Under the pieces are notes generated by a model. The model did no database searches, was not told the origin of the DNA, and saw only the letters and a program-made list of their open reading frames with translations. From contig JAJZGM010000001.1 of NCBI GenBank assembly GCA_021828525.1, positions 1 through 43,336 of the forward strand: DNA of 43,336 nt, in the 5' to 3' direction. A program made the position numbers and the translations under genes. Shown piece after piece: positions 37,503 through 43,336 of the stretch (the stretch's first letter is position 1; every line of letters starts with the position of its first letter). This stretch comes from Nitrospirota bacterium. Its GTDB lineage: Bacteria > Nitrospirota > Leptospirillia > Leptospirillales > Leptospirillaceae.

Positions 37503-39169
37503 TGGACGATACCAGACCCTGGATCTTCCGCGGAATCCTCTATGAGATCTATATCCGGAGCTTCTACGACAAATCCGGGGATGGGGTGGGAGATTTCCGG
37601 GGGATTCTCGAACGGATGGACTACCTCGCCCGCCTGGGCGTGAAGGCCCTCCTCCTCAACTGCCCCTTCCAGTCCTTTCCCGGAAAGACCCGCCACCCCC
37701 TGACCGACTGGATGCGCCCCGACCCCTCCCTGGGATCCCTCTCGGAGCTCCTGGTGATCATCGAGGCGGCCCACGGAAAAGGTCTCCGGGTCCTGGCCTC
37801 CCTTCCGATCAATGCCACCAGCAACTGCAACACCTGGTTTCTTGAATCCCGGAACCGGAGTTCCCGCTATCTCCGGAAAAGCTTTTTCTGGTCGGACCGT
37901 CTGAAGCTCCCCACCTCCCCCGACCAGGAGACACCGGAGATCTCGAACTGGGCCAAGGATGAGGAAACCGGGCAGTACTACTGGTACCAGGACCACAAGG
38001 ACGAACCGGCGATCAACTACGGAGATCCCGAAATCCTGGAGGAGATCCGGCGCGTCTTCGAACACTGGTTCACGCTGGGGATCGACGGCTTCCGTCTGGC
38101 GGGATCGGGCCGCCTCCACCGTCTGGGAAAGAACGGGATCGAACTGGTCACCGATCCCTTCCGCCAGATCCAGGGCATCCTCCTTCCACTCAAAAACTCC
38201 TACCCGGACCGGGTCTTCCTTTTCGAAACGGGCCAGCCTCCCAAGGGAGCCTTCGGCCAGGATTCCCGTCTCTTTTACCACTTCAACGGATTCTTCCCTT
38301 CGGTGATCCGGTCGGTCAGGGACGAAAACAAGGAACCTCTCGATCAGGCCATCGCCTCGGGGGAACGGGAGGCCCACAGCCGGAAGGACCTCCCGGTCCG
38401 CTGGACCCTCGACCTCAGAGAGCGCTCCGAGGAGACCTTCGAGAAGTTCCTCGAGGAGGACGGAGGGGATACGGTCTTTCCCCTGGAGGCGGAAGGCTCA
38501 AAGGACCGGCCGGTCCTGGCCCGCGTCGCCCGGATCATGGAGAACGGCCGAAGACGCATCCAGCTTGCGGCCAGTCTCTTCTTCACCTTTCCGGGCATTC
38601 CCGTTCTCTATTACGGCGATGAAATCGGGATGGGGGACCATCCCCATCTTTCGGGGCGCAACCCCGTCCGGACGCCCATGCAGTGGTCCTCCGACCGGAA
38701 CGCCGGATTTTCGTCCGCCGATCCCGAGGAGCTCTACAACCCCGTCATCGACGATCCCCTTTACAGCTACACCATGGTCAACGTCGAGAGCCAGGAACGC
38801 TTCGTCGATTCCCATCTCTGGAACGTCCGCCGGATGATCGAGGTCAGAAACCGCCAGCCGGCCCTCTGGAGCCAGGGGCAGTTCGGTCTGGTCGAAACCA
38901 CCCACCCCGCCCTCTTCGCCTTCTACCGGCAGTCGGGAGACGAGACCTGTCTCCTGGTCCACAACCTCTCCAAGACCTCCGTCTGCGGTGAGCTCAAACT
39001 CGGAAAATTCGCCTCCCTCGTTCCCCGGGAACTCTTCGGAGGAGCCATGTTCCCCCGCATCCCCCGCCATCCCTATCTCATCACCATGACCCCCTACTCC
39101 TTCATCTGGTTCGAGCTTCTTCCCGGAACCACCCGGGCCCGGAAGAAAAAGGCGGAGGTGACCCCATGA
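37502..39169 (+). CDS. GH13 trehalose-synthase-like paralogue lacking key catalytic residues (putative pseudoenzyme)
   Basis: 555 aa, collinear with the downstream TreS. Region I reads SLPINATS (TreS: ELVLNHTS), region II GIDGFRLAGSG ([11 protein letters not shown]), and region IV WTLDLRERSEETFE ([14 protein letters not shown]). The ORF is intact and overlaps both neighbours by 1-4 nt. Confidence 0.85.
   Translation: MDDTRPWIFRGILYEIYIRSFYDKSGDGVGDFRGILERMDYLARLGVKALLLNCPFQSFPGKTRHPLTDWMRPDPSLGSLSELLVIIEAAHGKGLRVLASLPINATSNCNTWFLESRNRSSRYLRKSFFWSDRLKLPTSPDQETPEISNWAKDEETGQYYWYQDHKDEPAINYGDPEILEEIRRVFEHWFTLGIDGFRLAGSGRLHRLGKNGIELVTDPFRQIQGILLPLKNSYPDRVFLFETGQPPKGAFGQDSRLFYHFNGFFPSVIRSVRDENKEPLDQAIASGEREAHSRKDLPVRWTLDLRERSEETFEKFLEEDGGDTVFPLEAEGSKDRPVLARVARIMENGRRRIQLAASLFFTFPGIPVLYYGDEIGMGDHPHLSGRNPVRTPMQWSSDRNAGFSSADPEELYNPVIDDPLYSYTMVNVESQERFVDSHLWNVRRMIEVRNRQPALWSQGQFGLVETTHPALFAFYRQSGDETCLLVHNLSKTSVCGELKLGKFASLVPRELFGGAMFPRIPRHPYLITMTPYSFIWFELLPGTTRARKKKAEVTP
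38606..38712 (+). repeat. Nucleotide-level conserved block shared with treS (copy 1)
   Basis: CTCTATTACGGCGATGAAATCGGGATGGGGGAC...ATGCAGTGGTCCTCCGACCGGAACGCCGGATTTTC closely matches 40288-40394, in frame and without gaps. Confidence 0.7.
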
Positions 39170-40968
39170 CGGAACTCGGCGGGGCCACCGACTGGTACAA
39201 GGACGTCATCATCTATGAAATTCCCGTCAAGTCCTTTTTCGACTCCGACTGCGACGGGATCGGGGACTTCGTGGGCCTTTCCGGAAGGCTCGATTATCTG
39301 AAGGGGCTGGGCGTAACGGCCCTGTGGCTCCTTCCCTTCACCGACTCGCCCCTTAAAGACGACGGCTACGACATCCGGGACTACTACAACCTCTATCCCC
39401 CCTACGGAGCGATGGAGGAATTCCAGCAGTTCCTCTCCCTGGCCCACGACCGGGGAATCCGCATCATCACCGAACTGGTGCTGAACCACACCTCCAATAC
39501 CCATCCCTGGTTCGTCTCCGCCTCGGCCTCCCGCTCCTCCCCCTTCCGGGACTACTATGTCTGGAACGACTCCCCCGACCGCTACAAGGGGACCCGGATC
39601 ATCTTCAGCGACACGGAGAAATCGAACTGGACCTGGGAACCCCGCACCCGCCAGTATTACTGGCACCGCTTCTTCCACCACCAGCCCGACCTGAACTTCG
39701 ACAACCCGAAGGTCCAGGAGGAGCTCCTCAATGTGGTCAAGTTCTGGTTTTCCTTAGGCGTGGACGGCCTCCGGTGTGACGCCGTCCCCTATCTCTTCGA
39801 GCGGGAAGGGACGAACTGCGAAAATCTCCCGGAGACCCATGCCTTCATGAAGCGTCTCCGGAGCGAGGTCGACCGGGAGTTTCCCGGGCGCATGCTCCTG
39901 GCCGAGGCCAACCAGTGGCCCCAGGATGTGCTTCCCTACTTCGGAAAGGGCGACGAGTTCCACATGGCTTACCACTTCCCCCTCATGCCCCGGCTCTTCA
40001 TCGCCATCGCCCGGGGCGACCGGACGCCCATCATCGACATTCTCGAACAGACTCCGGACATTCCGGAGGGGTGCCAGTGGGCGATCTTCCTGAGAAACCA
40101 CGACGAGCTGACGCTCGAGATGGTCTCCGACCAGGAACGGGACTACCTGTGGTCCACCTATGCCCAGGATCCCCGGATGCGTCTGAACATCGGAATCCGA
40201 AGGCGGCTTGCCCCCCTCATGCAGAACGACCGCCGGAAGATCGACCTGATGCACAGTCTTCTCCTGACCCTTCCCGGAACACCCATCCTCTATTACGGGG
40301 ACGAAATCGGGATGGGGGACAACATCCATCTGGGAGACCGGAACGGCGTCCGGACTCCGATGCAGTGGTCGTCCGACCGAAACGGGGGATTTTCCCGGGC
40401 CAACCCCTCTGACCTCTACGCCCCGCTCATCCAGAACCCCATCTACGGCTTCCAGGTCGTCAACGTGGAGAACCAGGCGCGCTATCCCACCAGCCCCCTC
40501 AACACCCTCCGGCAGATGCTGGCCGTCCGCCAGGAGGCCCGCCTCTTCGGGCGGGGGCGCATGACTCTCCTTCCCACGAAAAACCGGAGCATCCTGGCCT
40601 ATCTCCGGGAGATGGGGGAGGATGTGGTCCTGGTGATCAACAACCTCTCCGACCGGACCGAGTCGGTCACAGTCGACTTGAAACGTTTTAAAAACCATGT
40701 CCCCGTGGAGCTTTTCGACAAGAACCCCTTTCCTCCGATCCGGAGTTCCCGTTTCCACTTCACCGTGAGCCCGTTCGGATTTTTTTGGCTCAAGCTTCTG
40801 TCTCCCACCCACCCGGCCTCTGCCCCGGGCCTCCATCCTTCCCGTCGTCTCGGGGACCCCTCCGGCATGGGAAGCGTCCCGGCAAGACCCACCCGCCGAA
40901 ACAAAGCGCCTCTCCGGGCCACTCCCTCCCCGGGTCCCTCCTCCGAAGGCGGAGGGACTCCACCATGA
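39166..40968 (+). CDS. treS: Trehalose synthase (maltose alpha-D-glucosyltransferase)
   Basis: 600 aa. [60 protein letters not shown] and [10 protein letters not shown] give a full GH13/TreS motif set. It ends in a roughly 55-aa Pro/Ser/Gly/Arg-rich tail. Confidence 0.92.
   Translation: MTELGGATDWYKDVIIYEIPVKSFFDSDCDGIGDFVGLSGRLDYLKGLGVTALWLLPFTDSPLKDDGYDIRDYYNLYPPYGAMEEFQQFLSLAHDRGIRIITELVLNHTSNTHPWFVSASASRSSPFRDYYVWNDSPDRYKGTRIIFSDTEKSNWTWEPRTRQYYWHRFFHHQPDLNFDNPKVQEELLNVVKFWFSLGVDGLRCDAVPYLFEREGTNCENLPETHAFMKRLRSEVDREFPGRMLLAEANQWPQDVLPYFGKGDEFHMAYHFPLMPRLFIAIARGDRTPIIDILEQTPDIPEGCQWAIFLRNHDELTLEMVSDQERDYLWSTYAQDPRMRLNIGIRRRLAPLMQNDRRKIDLMHSLLLTLPGTPILYYGDEIGMGDNIHLGDRNGVRTPMQWSSDRNGGFSRANPSDLYAPLIQNPIYGFQVVNVENQARYPTSPLNTLRQMLAVRQEARLFGRGRMTLLPTKNRSILAYLREMGEDVVLVINNLSDRTESVTVDLKRFKNHVPVELFDKNPFPPIRSSRFHFTVSPFGFFWLKLLSPTHPASAPGLHPSRRLGDPSGMGSVPARPTRRNKAPLRATPSPGPSSEGGGTPP
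40288..40394 (+). repeat. Nucleotide-level conserved block shared with the treS-like paralogue (copy 2)
   Basis: See 38606-38712. Confidence 0.7.
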
Positions 40969-43172
40969 GAGTCCTGCCTGGAAAACCCCATCCCCTGGGA
41001 GCCACCTGGGACGGCAAGGGGGTCAACTTTTCCCTCTTCTCCGAAAACGCCGAAGGGGTCGAGCTCTGCCTCTTTCCCGGGCGGGAGGCCACGACCGAAT
41101 CGGTGCGCCTTCCCCTCACCGAACGGACCAACCACATCTGGCACATCTCCCTTCCCGAGGCCCGGCCGGGATGGCTCTACGGCTACCGCGTCCATGGACC
41201 TTATGACCCGGCCCGGGGCCTCCGCTTCAACCCCGCCAAGGTCCTGCTCGACCCCTATGCCAAGGAGGTCGCCCGGCGCGTCCGCTGGGACGAGACGCTC
41301 TTTGCCTACCCGCTCGGGAACCCCGACGGGGACCTGGTCCCGGACAGCCGAGACAATGCACCGGGAGCCCCCCTCGGGGTGGTCGTGGATCCCGCCTACA
41401 TCTGGGGAACCGACCGTCCTCCCCGGACTCCCTGGTCCGAGACAGTCATCTACGAAACCCATGTGAAGGGATTCACGGCCCGTCATCCGGACCTCCCCCC
41501 GGAGCTTCGGGGGACCTATGCGGGACTTGCCAGCGAACCGGTCATCGACTACCTCCGCTCCCTGGGAGTCACCGCCGTCGAGCTTCTTCCGGTTCACCAC
41601 CACGCCAGCGAGCACACGCTCGTCACCCGGGGTCTCACCAACTACTGGGGATACAACACACTCTCCTATTTCGCTCCGGACAACAGGTACGGATCGGGGA
41701 CCATGACCCCCTCCAACGAATTCAAGATGATGGTCCGCTCGCTCCACGACGCGGGCATCGAGGTCATTCTCGACGTGGTCTACAACCACACCTGCGAGGG
41801 AAACCACCTGGGTCCGACCCTGTCGCTTCGGGGAATCGACAATTCGACCTACTACCGGCTGATGGAGAAGGAACCCCGCTTCTACATGGACTACACCGGA
41901 TGCGGCAATACCCTGAACATGCGTCACCCCCAGGTGCTCCAGCTCATCATGGACAGCCTCCGGTACTGGGTCCTCGAGATGCATGTGGACGGCTTCCGCT
42001 TCGACCTGGCCAGCGCCCTGGCCCGCGAACTCCATGAGGTCGACAAGCTCTCCGCCTTCTTCGATGTGATCCAGCAGGATCCCGTCGTCTCCCAGGTGAA
42101 GCTGATCGCCGAACCCTGGGACATCGGAGAGGGGGGCTACCAGGTCGGAAACTTTCCCTCCCTCTGGACCGAGTGGAACGGGCTCTACCGGGACTCCATC
42201 CGCCGCTTCTGGAAGGGGGACGGCCGCCAGGTGGCAGACCTTGCCACCCGGCTCTCCGGGAGCAGCGACCTCTACGAGCAGGAGGGACGGCGGCCCCACG
42301 CCAGCATCAACTTCATCACGGCCCATGACGGATTCCCGCTGAACGACCTGGTGAGCTACAACGAAAAGCACAACGAGGCCAACCTGGAAGACAACCGGGA
42401 CGGGAACAGCGACAACATCAGCTGGAACTGCGGGGAGGAAGGACCGACGGACAAGCCGGAGATCCGGCAGCTCAGGCTGCGCCAGATGAGAAACTTCCTG
42501 GCGACCCTCATGCTCTCCCAGGGGGTTCCCATGATCTGCGGGGGCGACGAGATCGCCCGGACCCAGCGGGGAAACAACAATGCCTATTGCCAGGACAACG
42601 AAACCACCTGGTACGACTGGGCCCTCTCCTCCGACCAGAAGAATCTCCTCGGATTCACCCGCTTCCTCATCGCGCTGCGCCGGTCCCAGCCGACTCTCAG
42701 GCGACGGAAATTCTTCCATGGCAGAAAGATCCGCGGCACAGAGATCAAGGACATCTCCTGGTTCTCGCCCACCGGACACGAGATGACCGACGAGGAATGG
42801 AACGCCGACTTCGTCCGGACCCTGGGGGTCCGCCTCTCCGGAGAGCTGATCGACGAGAGGGACAGCCTGGGACGGGCCGTCACGGGAGAGACCCTCCTGA
42901 TCCTCTTCAACGCCCACTACGAGTCGGTTCCCTTCGTGCTTCCCGCCCACCGGAAGGGGGCCCACTGGTCCCTTCTTTTCGATACCACCCACCCCTCTGC
43001 CGGCCTCCGTCCTCCCCGGAAGGCCTTCTTTCGGGGAGGACGGACCTACAACGTCCAGGGACGCTCCCTGGCTCTCTTTGTCCTGCAGGAGACCCAGACC
43101 CGGTCCGACGAGGGGAAAACCCCGCTCCGTCCCGCTCCGGAAGGGACTTCTCCGGCCGGCTCCCCGCCATGA
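40965..43172 (+). CDS. glgX: Glycogen debranching enzyme GlgX/TreX
   Basis: [37 protein letters not shown] is the typical GlgX N-terminus. GH13 motifs DVVYNHT, GFRFDLA, EPWD and FITAHDGF are present. The ATG overlaps the treS stop (ATGA). Confidence 0.93.
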   Translation: MRVLPGKPHPLGATWDGKGVNFSLFSENAEGVELCLFPGREATTESVRLPLTERTNHIWHISLPEARPGWLYGYRVHGPYDPARGLRFNPAKVLLDPYAKEVARRVRWDETLFAYPLGNPDGDLVPDSRDNAPGAPLGVVVDPAYIWGTDRPPRTPWSETVIYETHVKGFTARHPDLPPELRGTYAGLASEPVIDYLRSLGVTAVELLPVHHHASEHTLVTRGLTNYWGYNTLSYFAPDNRYGSGTMTPSNEFKMMVRSLHDAGIEVILDVVYNHTCEGNHLGPTLSLRGIDNSTYYRLMEKEPRFYMDYTGCGNTLNMRHPQVLQLIMDSLRYWVLEMHVDGFRFDLASALARELHEVDKLSAFFDVIQQDPVVSQVKLIAEPWDIGEGGYQVGNFPSLWTEWNGLYRDSIRRFWKGDGRQVADLATRLSGSSDLYEQEGRRPHASINFITAHDGFPLNDLVSYNEKHNEANLEDNRDGNSDNISWNCGEEGPTDKPEIRQLRLRQMRNFLATLMLSQGVPMICGGDEIARTQRGNNNAYCQDNETTWYDWALSSDQKNLLGFTRFLIALRRSQPTLRRRKFFHGRKIRGTEIKDISWFSPTGHEMTDEEWNADFVRTLGVRLSGELIDERDSLGRAVTGETLLILFNAHYESVPFVLPAHRKGAHWSLLFDTTHPSAGLRPPRKAFFRGGRTYNVQGRSLALFVLQETQTRSDEGKTPLRPAPEGTSPAGSPP

Positions 43173-43336
43173 CGTCCGGAGCCTCTCCTCTCCGGGGGCT
43201 TGATCCGGCCTTCAGCACAGCCTTGATCCTTTCTCCCCTTTTGTTCCTTCTCGTCTTTCCCGGACCGGCCCCGGCCGCGAAACTCCCGGATCACTCCCGG
43301 AAGAACCGCGGTCCGGTCGCCGGACCTTCCGAGATC
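43169..43336 (+). CDS. Hypothetical protein fragment with a signal-peptide-like N-terminus, running off the right edge
   Basis: My own translation is [56 protein letters not shown]. The ATG overlaps the glgX stop (ATGA). Only 56 codons are visible. Confidence 0.4.
   Translation, partial: MTSGASPLRGLDPAFSTALILSPLLFLLVFPGPAPAAKLPDHSRKNRGPVAGPSEI

Noticed and set aside
37502-39169. The idea that the gene upstream of treS is a maltokinase (Pep2) or a decaying pseudogene.
   Set aside because: There are no kinase motifs, and the protein is collinear with GH13 TreS. The frame is fully open and the scaffold motifs are well conserved, so I annotated it as a CDS (putative pseudoenzyme) rather than a pseudogene.

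Overview
GC-rich bacterial chromosomal segment, densely packed with housekeeping genes. The gene content (System II cytochrome c maturation, TreYZ/TreS trehalose genes) would fit a Nitrospirota/Leptospirillum-like organism, but that is a guess and not a search result. About 43 genes lie on the minus strand from 1 to 32.5 kb. The strand switches at a divergent intergenic region (32534-32691), and a plus-strand trehalose/glycogen operon runs to the right edge. Order along the minus strand (right to left): yyaL-esterase-hypothetical-def-fmt-htpX-rpe | RDD-mreBCD-mrdA-rodA | rng-lipoprotein-folB-like-membrane protein | ferredoxin-B12/radical SAM-rplM-rpsI | argC-argJ | rpsB-tsf-pyrH-frr-alr-mlaE-mlaF-MCE | resB-ccsA-tlpA-(second redoxin fragment). 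The plus strand carries treZ-treY-(degenerate treS paralogue)-treS-glgX/treX-(secreted protein fragment). I saw no rRNA, tRNA, CRISPR array, transposase/integrase, or recognisable defence, toxin-antitoxin or prophage content, so this looks like core genome rather than an accessory island. The items most worth a second look are: (1) an intact but catalytically degenerate TreS paralogue, translationally coupled to the real TreS; (2) an unusually long MCE/MlaD-family protein with a Pro/Ser-rich linker, internal repeats and a beta-strand-rich C-terminal domain, with no MlaA/B/C partners nearby; (3) a B12-binding radical SAM enzyme with an unassigned C-terminal domain, paired with a YfhL-type ferredoxin and placed directly upstream of rplM; (4) a tightly coupled lipoprotein/FolB-like/polytopic membrane protein trio. 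All coordinates of refined starts, hairpins and motifs were counted by hand and may be off by a base or two. All homology statements rest on motif recognition by eye, not on database searches.
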